A stretch of DNA of 64,000 bases, from contig JBHYGA010000004.1 in the NCBI GenBank assembly GCA_051859245.1, positions 832,001-896,000 of the forward strand, written 5' to 3'. Source of the DNA: Gemmatimonadaceae bacterium. GTDB lineage: Bacteria > Gemmatimonadota > Gemmatimonadetes > Gemmatimonadales > Gemmatimonadaceae. Position 1 is the stretch's first letter. Every line of letters starts with the position of its first letter. The notes beneath the pieces are model-generated. The model did not search any database, was not told where the DNA came from, and saw only the letters and a list, made by a program, of their open reading frames with translations. Both the position numbers and the translations under genes were made by a program. Shown piece after piece: positions 49,119-58,969 of the stretch.

Positions 49119-50183
49119 ATGTCCGTTTCTGTTGCGCGTGTTGTGTCGACCGTGTGCTGCGCCGCCTTGCTGGCCGCATGCACGAGCGATTCTCCGTCCG
49201 AGCCGACGCCGCCGCCATTTGATGGCAGCATCTCGCAGGTTCAGGTCGATGCTTCGACGTCGACAGCATATATACAGTTGGGAGACACCATTAAATCTGT
49301 TGCCGTCGCAAACGCCGCTGCATCCACCGATTGGGACCTTTCGCTCTTCTCAACCACCATCGCGCTCAACAGCGGCCCAACGGGACCGGGTGCGATCTCG
49401 GGTGTGTGTCTCTGCGCCAACGAAGGTGTGAGCAACACGGCCATCCAGACGCTGACGGCGGCTTCGGAGTTGCCGGCGTTTCAGGCGGTGACGGCGGCAA
49501 ACATTCCGGCCGAGTCGCAGTTCTTGCTGGAATCGATCACTCCGCGAATTACCGGATGGTTCACCGGAACGGGCGCAGCGGCGCAGGCAAACCCGGCGCG
49601 CAGTTTTGTGGTGCTCCGCTCGCGCGTGGTGCCGGTCCCGCTGTACGGCAAGTTCCACGTCACCAACATCACGGGAGCCACCGCCACGGCGGCGGGCAGC
49701 GTGACGTTCGAATACACGATGCAGGCCACGTCCAACGGTGCGCTGCCGGCGGTGCGCACGGCGACGGTCACCGTGGGATCCACGCCGGTCTACTTTGATC
49801 TCGTGGCGGGCGCCGTTTCGTCTGCGGCCGGCACCTGGGATCTGCGCTTCGAAGGCTTCCTCATTCGCGCGAACTCAGGCGCGAGTGGTGGCGCCGGACA
49901 CCTTGTGGCGCCGCCGCAGGATGTGCCGTTCGCCTCGCTGGACCTGACCGCGATGCGTGCGCTTCCGAACGCGTCCTTTGGTCAAGACGCACTCGGCGGT
50001 CCGTTTGGCGCGAAGCCATGGTACAAGTACAACGTGACCGGCACGGACATGCAGATCTGGCCGAACTTCAACGTGTATCTCGTGAAGAAGGGCAACGCGG
50101 TGTACAAGGTGCAGGTGGTGAGCTACTACGACACCACTGGCAAGGGGCGCGTGATCACGGTGCGGTCGGCGCGACTGCGGTAG
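49119..50183 (+). CDS. HmuY-family heme-binding lipoprotein (tandem domains)
   Basis: Lipobox LAAC; repeated WDLSL..TTIALNSG and WDLRF..FLIRANSG; WYKYN; VYLVKK...YKVQVVSYY...G.ITVR C-terminus typical of HmuY. Confidence 0.78.
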   Translation: MSVSVARVVSTVCCAALLAACTSDSPSEPTPPPFDGSISQVQVDASTSTAYIQLGDTIKSVAVANAAASTDWDLSLFSTTIALNSGPTGPGAISGVCLCANEGVSNTAIQTLTAASELPAFQAVTAANIPAESQFLLESITPRITGWFTGTGAAAQANPARSFVVLRSRVVPVPLYGKFHVTNITGATATAAGSVTFEYTMQATSNGALPAVRTATVTVGSTPVYFDLVAGAVSSAAGTWDLRFEGFLIRANSGASGGAGHLVAPPQDVPFASLDLTAMRALPNASFGQDALGGPFGAKPWYKYNVTGTDMQIWPNFNVYLVKKGNAVYKVQVVSYYDTTGKGRVITVRSARLR

Positions 50184-50235
50184 TTCAGCGCGAATACAAT
50201 ACGCGTACGGGCTGCACGCAGGGTAACTTGCCCGC

Positions 50236-51450
50236 GTGCAGCCCGAGACTGATACCGATCCCGCGCGATGGCGGTTGCTGGCACTGCTGGCAACCGCCGA
50301 GTTGTTCGGCATGGCGCTGTGGCTCGCAGGGAGCGCTGCGGCGCCGCAGCTCGCTGAGACGTGGTCGCTGACCGGTTCGCAAATCGCCTGGATTACGAAC
50401 GCGGTGCAGCTCGGTTTTGTGGTGGGGACGGCCTTCAGTGCGTTGTTCAATCTCGCCGACACCATCCCATCAAAGCGACTCTTCGCCGTTGCGGCCGTGT
50501 GCGGTGCAGTGGTGAATTTGCCGCTGGCATTTACCGACAGCTTTCGCGTGGCGTTGCTCTCACGCTTTGCCGTGGGCGTGTGCCTGGCCGGTGTGTATCC
50601 ACCGGCGATGAAAATGGCGGCGACATGGTTTCGCGCGCGACGCGGACTGGCGGTGGGTACGATTGTTGGCGCGCTCACGGTTGGAAAGGCGGTTCCGTAT
50701 CTCGCGCAGGCGATTCCTGGTGCGACCGTGTTGCACATCGCGATCGGAGCGAGCGTGGCTGCGGTGTTGGCCGCGCTGCTGGTCGTGGTTGCGTATCGCG
50801 ACGGCCCGTACGCATTCCCCGCGCGCCCATTCAGCTGGCTTCTCGTGCGTGATGTGCTCGCCAACCGACGTTACCGACTGGCGCTCGGCGGTTATCTGGG
50901 ACACATGGCCGAGTTGTACAGTTTCTGGACGTGGATCGCGACCTTCGTGGCGGCGAGTGAAGGCGCGCGCGTGCTGCGCGACAACACGACCGACGCCCCA
51001 CATTGGCTGGTGGGTGTGCTGTCGTTTGGTGTGATTGCCGTGGGAGGCATCGGTTGCATCTGGGGCGGTCTGGTGGCGGATCGCATCGGACGCGAACGTC
51101 TTGTGATTCGTGCCATGGCGATCAGCGGTGTGTGCGCGGTGCTGATTGGCGTGGCGTTTGGCCGGAGCTGGTGGTTGCTCGCGCCCATCGCGCTCACGTG
51201 GGGATTTTTTGTGATTGCCGACAGCGCCCAGTTCAGCGTGATGGTCACCGAGAGCGTGCCACCCAACGCGGTGGGCACCGCACTGATGCTGCAGGTGTCC
51301 ATCGGATTCTTACTCACCACCATCACGATTCAGCTGGTGCCGCTGATCGCGCGCGGGATTGGTTGGGCCTGGGCGTTCCCCGTGCTGGCGCTCGGACCGC
51401 TGCTTGGAATTGTGAGTATCAGGCGTCTTCAGGCACCGCGCGCTCGTTGA
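50236..51450 (+). CDS. MFS transporter
   Basis: About 12 TM helices; motif A-like LADTIPSKR and VADRIGRER; GVYPPAMK; ADSAQFS. Confidence 0.9.
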   Translation: MQPETDTDPARWRLLALLATAELFGMALWLAGSAAAPQLAETWSLTGSQIAWITNAVQLGFVVGTAFSALFNLADTIPSKRLFAVAAVCGAVVNLPLAFTDSFRVALLSRFAVGVCLAGVYPPAMKMAATWFRARRGLAVGTIVGALTVGKAVPYLAQAIPGATVLHIAIGASVAAVLAALLVVVAYRDGPYAFPARPFSWLLVRDVLANRRYRLALGGYLGHMAELYSFWTWIATFVAASEGARVLRDNTTDAPHWLVGVLSFGVIAVGGIGCIWGGLVADRIGRERLVIRAMAISGVCAVLIGVAFGRSWWLLAPIALTWGFFVIADSAQFSVMVTESVPPNAVGTALMLQVSIGFLLTTITIQLVPLIARGIGWAWAFPVLALGPLLGIVSIRRLQAPRAR

Positions 51451-51934
51451 GCGCGGTGGCGAGCGCGACGAGTGTGCGGTCCATGGCACCAGTGCGGCGC
51501 ACGATGTAGCGAAACACAAAACGCGCGATCGGATTGTTCACGCTGCTCTGTTCCACATAGTGCACGCGCGTGCCGTCGCCATCAGGCGAGAGTGCGAAAC
51601 GGCGCTCCGATTGCCGTGCGACATCATCGTCCAGCACGCGTGCAATGAACTCGTGTGGCGCGAGCACCGTGACGGCCTCAAATGCAAGTGCGCCGTCATC
51701 GCCGTACTCTCGCCACCGCAGTGGCGCGGTACCGTCAACATCAACCGACGACATGGTGTCGCGCCACGCCGGATAACCGGCGGGATCGGCAATCAGTGAC
51801 CACACGGTGTCCGGGGCGGCGCGCAAACGCAGCACGCGCGCCACGGAATGTGTGCGGGGAAGCATGAGACCTCCCACGAGCATCGCCACGAAGACCGAGA
51901 CCACTGTGCCCATCACGAACAGCACAATTCCCAT
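51419..51934 (-). CDS. SRPBCC (polyketide cyclase/dehydrase-like) protein with N-terminal TM helix
   Basis: LRAAPDTVWSLIADPAGYPAW and ALSPDGDGTRV pattern. Confidence 0.8.
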   Translation of the reverse strand: MGIVLFVMGTVVSVFVAMLVGGLMLPRTHSVARVLRLRAAPDTVWSLIADPAGYPAWRDTMSSVDVDGTAPLRWREYGDDGALAFEAVTVLAPHEFIARVLDDDVARQSERRFALSPDGDGTRVHYVEQSSVNNPIARFVFRYIVRRTGAMDRTLVALATALNERAVPEDA

Positions 51935-51948
51935 GCGTTGATTCCGGT

Positions 51949-54597
51949 TCAGTTGGCGCTGTCTGAATCAACCAACGCGGGGAGTCGTACAAGCGGCGCA
52001 TCGAGCACATCGCGTACCCGCTGCGCCAACTGCCGCGGTGTGAATGGCTTTTGCTGAAACGGCACATCTTCAACACGAATGCCGCGCAGTAGCACCGCGT
52101 CGTCTGTATACCCTGACATGAACAGCACGCGCGTCTCTGGTCGCTCCGCGAGCAGCACGTCGGCCAACTCACGCCCGTGCATTCCCGGCATAACAACGTC
52201 CGTCAGCAACAAGTGAATTGGTGACGCGTAGGCACGGGCCATCGCGAGCGCATTGGGGCCATCGGATGCGGCCAGTACCAGATATCCGGCACGTTCAAGT
52301 GTCGCAGTCGCCACCTGTCGAACCGAGGCTTCATCTTCAGCGAGCAGAATGGTCTCCGTTCCTGCGACAATCTCCCCGCTCGGCGATTTGGGCACACGAT
52401 GTTCGTCGGTCACAAACCGCTCGCGCGGGAAACAGAGTCGGAACGTGGATCCCTGACCAGGTGCGCTCTCGCACGTGATCACGCCGCCAACCTGCGCGAG
52501 CATCGCATACGCCAGAGACAGTCCAAGTCCAGTGCCTTTGCCGCGCTCTTTTGTTGTAAAAAACGGTTCGAAAATGCGCTCGCGCACCGCGTTGGTCATG
52601 CCCACGCCCGTGTCTCGCACTTCCAGGATGCACCAGCTGCCCTCGCGCAGCCCCATGCGCACCGCGTCGCCGTCGCTCACCGACTGCGTTTCAATGGTGA
52701 GCGTGCCACCATCGGGCATCGCATCACGCGCGTTGGCCACGAGGTTGAGCATGACCTGTTCCAACTGACCGCGGTCTGCGGAAATCATGCCAAGCAGCGG
52801 ATCGCAGTGCGTGGTCAGCGTGATGTGTTCGCCGACCAATCGTGCAAACAATCGTTCGAGATCGGAGACAACCGCGTTGAGGTCGAGCGTGGTGGGCTGG
52901 AGCACCTGCTTTCGACTCACCGCCAAAATCTGTCGCGTGAGCTCGGCGCCGCGTTCTGCGAGGGTCAGGACTTCTGCGATGTCCGCGCGTGTGGGATGCT
53001 CGGGCGGCAACTGGTCCATGGCAAACTCGCTGAAGCCAACAATGCCGGTGAGGAGATTGTTGAAATCATGCGCGATGCCACCGGCAAACGCGCCAACAGC
53101 TTCCATCTTCTGTGATTGGCGCAGCTGTTCTTCGCTGCGAGCGAGCGCGATCTCGGCTTCTTTACGTGCTGTGACGTCAATGCCGATCGACAACCAGTTC
53201 GCAGCGCCCAGTCGGCGCGACGACGTGGTGATGATCTCCATTTCCATGACGCGTCCGTCGGCGGTGCGATGCTTCCACGTGCCGGCGCTCTGTTTGTCTT
53301 CGGTAAACGGCAGACGCCGTTTCGAAAAGCGATCGAGCTCCGACGGATCAAGCAGCGTGGTAATCGGTTTGCCAACGAGCGCATCGCGTCGATATCCGTA
53401 CTTCTCAAGCACGGCATCGTTGACCGCAAGAATTTCCATCGTGTCCGCGTGCCACGCCCACATGGGCAGCGGATTTGACTCGAAGAGAAAACGATAGCGT
53501 TGTTCGTTGTCGGCCAGCGCTTCGTTACGCTGCTGTGCCGCCTGCGCCATGCGATTCACAGCGGCGCTGGCCATTTGCACTTCGGACGGACCAACCACTT
53601 CCGCGCGGTGATCCGACGCGCCGTCGGCGATGCGCTGCGCGTCGTTCGCGAGCGACACCAGCTGTCTGGCAATGCGACCGCCAATAAAGACCGCGCCGGC
53701 TGCTGCAAGGATCAGCGCGGCCAGTGACATGAGCACATCGTCGCGCTGCTGCGCACGCAGTGGCGCTTCGAACTCGTCTATCGGCAGGCCAACATTTACA
53801 AGCCACGGTGCACGGCGACTGCGCATGGATGCGGTGAGTCGCGTCACGCTGTCGGTGCCCGTGAGGTTCATGATGATGGTCGTGTCGGGAAACGGCGGAC
53901 GCCGTCCCGTGCTCGCAAACATGTTGCGCCCGATGTACGACTCTGGTGACTCCGACCGTGCAACGATCACGCCGCTCGTGTCGAGCAGCGTGACCAACGG
54001 ACGCTGACGGAATGACGCGATGTTGATGAAGTCGGTGAGGGTATCGATGCGAACGGGTGATGCGATCACGCCGTACGCGCGCCCGTCCGGATTGCGGAGT
54101 GCGCGCGCCATGATCACCACCCACGGCCGGCCCGCCGTTATGAACGACTGACGCGGCGCACCGACTACCGGACCGTTCGACTGCAACGCGGCACGGAAAT
54201 AGTCGCGCTCGAGAAAGTTGATTGTATCACGATCTGGCGTGGGACGTCCGCTCCCGCGATTGCGGCCGAGCGTGTCCACCACGAAAAAGTTGATGAACCG
54301 CTCGTTGCTGGCGCTTGAGGCAACACCGAGCAGCGAATCGAGCGTCGGGCGATCGTCCCAGTTCCGGCGAACCGGATCAGCGAGTGAGAGAAACGAGGCG
54401 TTCGCCGTTTCTACCCAATCGTCTGTGCGATTGGCCATCAACTGCGCGGCCTGTTCGACGCGTGCTTCGGCTGAACTGCGCGCTTCGACCATCTGCTTCC
54501 GCGACTGGAGCAAATGCGCAATGCTGATGGGCAGCGCCACTGCCAACATCAGTGCGGCCAACTGCACGCGGACGCTGCGCCACCATCGCGGAGTCAT
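51949..54597 (-). CDS. Membrane hybrid histidine kinase (Cache-HAMP-PAS-HisKA-HATPase-REC)
   Basis: TM-dCache-like (FLERDYF)-[27 protein letters not shown], receiver TDVVMP...MSGY. Confidence 0.93.
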   Translation of the reverse strand: MTPRWWRSVRVQLAALMLAVALPISIAHLLQSRKQMVEARSSAEARVEQAAQLMANRTDDWVETANASFLSLADPVRRNWDDRPTLDSLLGVASSASNERFINFFVVDTLGRNRGSGRPTPDRDTINFLERDYFRAALQSNGPVVGAPRQSFITAGRPWVVIMARALRNPDGRAYGVIASPVRIDTLTDFINIASFRQRPLVTLLDTSGVIVARSESPESYIGRNMFASTGRRPPFPDTTIIMNLTGTDSVTRLTASMRSRRAPWLVNVGLPIDEFEAPLRAQQRDDVLMSLAALILAAAGAVFIGGRIARQLVSLANDAQRIADGASDHRAEVVGPSEVQMASAAVNRMAQAAQQRNEALADNEQRYRFLFESNPLPMWAWHADTMEILAVNDAVLEKYGYRRDALVGKPITTLLDPSELDRFSKRRLPFTEDKQSAGTWKHRTADGRVMEMEIITTSSRRLGAANWLSIGIDVTARKEAEIALARSEEQLRQSQKMEAVGAFAGGIAHDFNNLLTGIVGFSEFAMDQLPPEHPTRADIAEVLTLAERGAELTRQILAVSRKQVLQPTTLDLNAVVSDLERLFARLVGEHITLTTHCDPLLGMISADRGQLEQVMLNLVANARDAMPDGGTLTIETQSVSDGDAVRMGLREGSWCILEVRDTGVGMTNAVRERIFEPFFTTKERGKGTGLGLSLAYAMLAQVGGVITCESAPGQGSTFRLCFPRERFVTDEHRVPKSPSGEIVAGTETILLAEDEASVRQVATATLERAGYLVLAASDGPNALAMARAYASPIHLLLTDVVMPGMHGRELADVLLAERPETRVLFMSGYTDDAVLLRGIRVEDVPFQQKPFTPRQLAQRVRDVLDAPLVRLPALVDSDSAN

Positions 54598-54636
54598 CGG
54601 GGAATCCGAATCTGGTGGCGCGCGTGATGTGCGACG

Positions 54637-55554
54637 TCAGGAACCAGTCGCGACGGCAACCGATGACGGATCAACCGCCATCCCCATCGCGTGATATCCC
54701 TTGTCGACGTACAACGTGGTCCCGGTAATTCCCGCCGCGAGCGGACTGGCGAGAAAGGCTGCGGTGTAGCCGACATCCATGGCGTCGAGCGTTTCGGGCA
54801 GCGCGGAGTTCACGGCGCAGTACTCCACCATGTTCTGAATAATTCCAATGGCCTTGGCCGCACGTGATGCGTACGGTCCAGCCGAAATGGTGTTCACGCG
54901 CAGTCCCCACTTATGGCCGGCTTCGAAGGCGAGCGTGCGCGTATCGCTCTCCAGCGCCGCCTTCGCCGACGACATGCCGCCGCCGTATCCGGGAATCACG
55001 CGCTCGCTGGCCATGTACGTGAGTGAGCACACGGAGCCGCCCGGCCGCATGATCGGGCCGAGTTGCTGCATGAGACTGAGCAGTGAATACGCACTCGTGC
55101 CCACCGCTTCGAGATAGCCTTTGCGGCTGACTTCGAGCAACGGCTTTTTGACTTCTGGTCCGTTCGCGAGCGAATGAAAGACAATGTCGAGCGGTTGCGC
55201 TCCAAAGTCTTCCACCAGCCGCGCTTTCAATCCGGCGATGGAGAAGTCGCCGACGTCGGCGTAGCGCTTGGATTCGCGCACGTCGGCGGGGACACTGTCC
55301 AACGTGTCGTACGCGGCGTCGAGCGGATAGATCTTCTCGAACGAGAACATCGAACCGTCGGGGAGCGTGCGCGATTCGTCGAGCTTGCCGCGCTCGAGCA
55401 TGGTCAGAAAAATGTTCAGCGCGGGCGGCCACGTGGCCACGCACACGGAGGCACCTGCTTGCGCCAGCGCCTTGGCAATGGCGAACCCAAAGCCGCCATC
55501 GTCTGCAACGCCGGCCACGAGGGCGCGTTTGCCGGAAAGATCTATCGGTAGCAT
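54637..55554 (-). CDS. fabI: Enoyl-ACP reductase (NADH), chlamydial/plastid-type
   Basis: [61 protein letters not shown] and ISAGP. Confidence 0.92.
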   Translation of the reverse strand: MLPIDLSGKRALVAGVADDGGFGFAIAKALAQAGASVCVATWPPALNIFLTMLERGKLDESRTLPDGSMFSFEKIYPLDAAYDTLDSVPADVRESKRYADVGDFSIAGLKARLVEDFGAQPLDIVFHSLANGPEVKKPLLEVSRKGYLEAVGTSAYSLLSLMQQLGPIMRPGGSVCSLTYMASERVIPGYGGGMSSAKAALESDTRTLAFEAGHKWGLRVNTISAGPYASRAAKAIGIIQNMVEYCAVNSALPETLDAMDVGYTAAFLASPLAAGITGTTLYVDKGYHAMGMAVDPSSVAVATGS

Positions 55555-55563
55555 CCGCCCAAT

Positions 55564-56563
55564 CTAGCGCGTGGCGCGCAGGATACGATCCCGCACGCCG
55601 TCCCACGCCGCACCACTGGGGGGCAGCTGAATCACGATCAGGGTGCAGCCCTCATTATCGAGCGTGTGCAGCGCGGCGTAGAGTCCGCGTGCGTAGCCGG
55701 CCGGCGTGGCCGGCAGATGCAGCGTGCGGTGCGCGCCGGAGAGGCCAATACCGCCGTCGAGGGCCAGCACACCAACGCGTGCCGAGGCACCTGCATCAAT
55801 CGCGCGCTGAACTTCCGGCAGGTCGTCGACGCCGGTGAGCCAGACATCGGCGCGCGGTGCGTAGTGCCGGGTGGCGCTCCCGGGTGAACGCTGCGGCGCG
55901 GCGTGCTCCAGTGTGTGGTCGAGCGCGTGGGAGCGCATGAGCACGCGCTCGCCGAGCAGGTGCGACAGCGTGTCTGCGCTGAGCTGGCCCGGCCGAAGAA
56001 TCACGGCCTCGTCACCTGTCACATCCACCACCGTGCTCTCAATGCCGATTTCGCACGGACCACCATCAAGAATCATCAGCTACGCGATCGCCAAGACCCA
56101 TGGCCACGTGTTCGGCTGTCGTGGGTGAAAGCTGCGTGAATCGGTTCGCGCTTGGCGCCGCAATCGGAACAGCTGCGGCTCTTAATAGCGACAGTGCGTC
56201 GTTGTGCGCCGGAATGCGAATGGCCACGGTGTCGCCCCCGGCGCTCACAATGTCCGGAATGGCATCGCTTTTGGGCAACACTAACGTGAGCGGCCCCGGC
56301 CAGCACGCCTCGGCCAAGCGAGCCGCGCGCTCGGGCCAGGAGCGTGTGAGCGCCTTGGCCGCAGCAACGTCTGCCACATGCACGATCACCGGGTTCCACG
56401 CCGGTCGGCCCTTCGCGGCGTAGATGCGGGCCACGGCGTCGGCGTCGAGCGCGTTCGCACCTAGACCGTAGACCGTCTCAGTGGGAAACGCGACCAGTTC
56501 GCCGCGGCGAATCAACGCGGCGGCCTGCGCCAGCGATTCTGGAGTAACGGCAACGATAGCGAT
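55564..56563 (-). pseudogene. sua5: L-threonylcarbamoyladenylate synthase (Sua5: YrdC plus SUA5 domain), frameshifted near 56077; pseudogene or sequence error
   Basis: The 5' half has VAFPTETVYGL, KGRPAWNP, WPGPLT and APSAN and stops at 56066. The 3' half (ILDGGPCEIGIESTV, ILRPG, PG...RHYAP) continues in the +1 frame. Confidence 0.8.
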
Positions 56564-56565
56564 GG

Positions 56566-57381
56566 CTACTGCTTTCCTTCGATGACGCGTTTGGCCAACC
56601 GATCAATGAGCGATGGCGAAATGAGCTTGAGCATTCGTCCGATTTTTCCCCGCCACGTCATCACAAGATCCCGATCGCGGTTGGCGGTGGCGTCAAGAAT
56701 GAGACGCGCACACTCGTCGGTGCGCATGACTTCTTCTGGTCGCCGCTTGTACGCGCGGTCTCCCCACGGTGTGCCGTCTGGGCTGAGCGCGTAGCGGTTG
56801 ATCTCCGAGTAGACAAAGCCCGGGTACACCACGGTCACACTCACGCCGGTTTGCGCCAGTTCAATGCGCAGGGAGTCAAAAAATCCACCCATGGCGTGTT
56901 TTGAGGCGCCGTACGCAGTGCGCTTGGGTACACCGGTAAGTCCCGCCAGCGACGAGATCGCCACAATGCGACCACGTGTGTTTTCCAGATGCGGCAGGGC
57001 GTACGACGTGCACCACGCCGCCCCCAGAAAATTCACGCGCATGACGCGCTCGAACACCGAGCGATCGGTGATCTCGCGAAACAGTCCGCTGGCGCCGAGT
57101 CCTGCGTTGTTGATCAGGACATCGAGCTGACCGTAGTGCGCAATCGTTGACTCGATCATCGCGCGGCAGTCCTCCTCGCGCCCCACATCGGTCGGCACCA
57201 CGAGCACCTGCGCGCCCACCGCTCGACACTCGGCAGCAATCGATTCGAGACGTGTGATGTCACGAGCGGCGAGCACCAGTCGCGACTTTCTGTGCGCACA
57301 CTGACGCGCCAACTCGGCGCCGATGCCGCTCGAGGCGCCCGTGATGCAGACCACCAGATCGCTCAACGCCGCGCGCGACAC
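56566..57381 (-). CDS. SDR family oxidoreductase
   Basis: TGASSGIG, NNAG, ISS and YGASK. Confidence 0.92.
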   Translation of the reverse strand: MSRAALSDLVVCITGASSGIGAELARQCAHRKSRLVLAARDITRLESIAAECRAVGAQVLVVPTDVGREEDCRAMIESTIAHYGQLDVLINNAGLGASGLFREITDRSVFERVMRVNFLGAAWCTSYALPHLENTRGRIVAISSLAGLTGVPKRTAYGASKHAMGGFFDSLRIELAQTGVSVTVVYPGFVYSEINRYALSPDGTPWGDRAYKRRPEEVMRTDECARLILDATANRDRDLVMTWRGKIGRMLKLISPSLIDRLAKRVIEGKQ

Positions 57382-57386
57382 GTGCC

Positions 57387-57653
57387 TCAGCCGGCTGGCG
57401 TGTCGAAATCGTCGCCGAGGTAGTCGTCGTCGCCGCTGGTGAAGGGCGCGTCGAGAATGTCGATGGCCCGCGCCATGTCAGCCTGTCGCACCGCCAGTCG
57501 GACCGGGAAAATCAGCTGCATTGACGGGAGCATGCCGCCGGCGCTGTCGCGCAGCACGGCGGCCGGAATATCGTGCGCTTCCAGTACGCTGCGTGCGACA
57601 TGCGCCTCCGACTCACTCGCGTATTCGCGGATCACTGCCATGGCTTCGCCCAT
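57387..57653 (-). CDS. DUF2007-like putative signal-transducing small protein
   Basis: EAHVARSVLEAHDIPA...VRLAV...ARAIDIL pattern. Confidence 0.75.
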   Translation of the reverse strand: MGEAMAVIREYASESEAHVARSVLEAHDIPAAVLRDSAGGMLPSMQLIFPVRLAVRQADMARAIDILDAPFTSGDDDYLGDDFDTPAG

Positions 57654-57772
57654 CAGGTCAAGTTACAGGTTGAACGCGCGCTGCGTGAGGGTCATCGTGG
57701 CGCTGCTTGCGGTTTTCCTGTAACCCCCGTCACCATTGTTTGGTATGCGCCTCTCCCGAATGGATCGTTAGC

Positions 57773-58309
57773 GTGGCGGCCTCGTTCGGGATTTTTGTGC
57801 TCGCGGAGTTGCCAGGCGACGCGGGTCGCGTGGTGCGCGAGATTCAAGAGAAGTACGACCTGAAGCTTGCACGTCTCACGCCGCCGCACATCACGCTTGT
57901 GGGATCATCCGGCGTAGGTGCTATTCCTACGGACACGCCAGTGGCGCGCATTCGCGACGCGCTCGAGCCGATCTGTGCGAGCACGGCGCCGATGACGCTC
58001 ACCTTTGGCGCGCCCGTACGATTCATGCAGACGGACATTATTTCACTGCCGCTCGATCCGTATGGACCGTTGCGCGCGCTGCACGAGCGCATTGCGACAA
58101 GCGGACTGCCGTTCAAGCCGGCGCGTTTTTTGTTTACGCCGCATTGCACGCTGAACTTTTACAAAACACTCACGCGCACCACGGAGCGCGAGTTGCTCGC
58201 GCTCCGTGTCACGTTTCCGGTCATTGTGAATCGCCTGCAGGTGTATCTCACGCGCGATCCGCAGCCAGCGAAGAAGCTGCTGGAGTTGGAACTCACCGGC
58301 GCTGAGTGA
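57773..58309 (+). CDS. 2H phosphoesterase (2'-5' RNA ligase superfamily)
   Basis: Two HxT motifs (PHIT, PHCT); GTG start at 57773. Confidence 0.85.
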   Translation: MAASFGIFVLAELPGDAGRVVREIQEKYDLKLARLTPPHITLVGSSGVGAIPTDTPVARIRDALEPICASTAPMTLTFGAPVRFMQTDIISLPLDPYGPLRALHERIATSGLPFKPARFLFTPHCTLNFYKTLTRTTERELLALRVTFPVIVNRLQVYLTRDPQPAKKLLELELTGAE

Positions 58310-58321
58310 ACAGCGGTCGTG

Positions 58322-58969
58322 CTAGCGGCCCCAACGGTCAAAGCCGAGCGTGAGTCCTGCGCGCACGCCCCAGCTCGAACCCGTGGTGCGACCGGTGATC
58401 GGAAAAATCGAGACGTCGCCTGCGTTACCGAATCGCAGATCGGTCCAGCCCACTGTGGTGTTCAGCTGTACGTTGGGTGCCAACCAGATGTAGGTGCCTA
58501 GTCCAGCGCCGAGTCCGGTTCCGTTGGTGGTGTTTTCGCCAACGCCCGTTTCGAACGAGCGCTCCAGTCGCGCGACGCGACCATAGATGAACGGCGTGAA
58601 GTTTCGGGCGACCAGCGGGAGCGCGATGCGCGGTTCAAAAAACACACCTTGGACCACCGCGTTGTCGCTCCCCAGCGAATGGGTACTGCGCTGATATCCA
58701 CCGCCCAGCGAAAGCACACTCACGCCAACCGACGCCATGACATCGAAGCCGGTGCCGTCGGTCGCTGAGCCGATGGCCTGTCCGCGCAACGACGCGAGGG
58801 CGCCAGACGCTTCAAGTGCGAACTGCGCGCGATCGCGCCGATACTGTGGCGGCCATGAGCGATCCTGCGCGAATGCGTCGAACGGAAGCGCGGTAACGCC
58901 GAGCAGTGCGAGTGCCGCGACCCAGGGCAGGTTGCGGGCGGAGAACTGAGTCGGGAGACGACGAAGCAT
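58322..58969 (-). CDS. Putative small outer-membrane beta-barrel protein
   Basis: Signal peptide (AFAQ) and about 8 alternating amphipathic strands, ending WGVRAGLTLGF. Confidence 0.7.
   Translation of the reverse strand: MLRRLPTQFSARNLPWVAALALLGVTALPFDAFAQDRSWPPQYRRDRAQFALEASGALASLRGQAIGSATDGTGFDVMASVGVSVLSLGGGYQRSTHSLGSDNAVVQGVFFEPRIALPLVARNFTPFIYGRVARLERSFETGVGENTTNGTGLGAGLGTYIWLAPNVQLNTTVGWTDLRFGNAGDVSIFPITGRTTGSSWGVRAGLTLGFDRWGR

Noticed and set aside
56062..56075. prfB-like programmed +1 frameshift at TCT TGA in sua5
   Set aside because: The prfB signal needs CTT TGA for tRNA re-pairing plus a closely spaced internal SD; neither is present.
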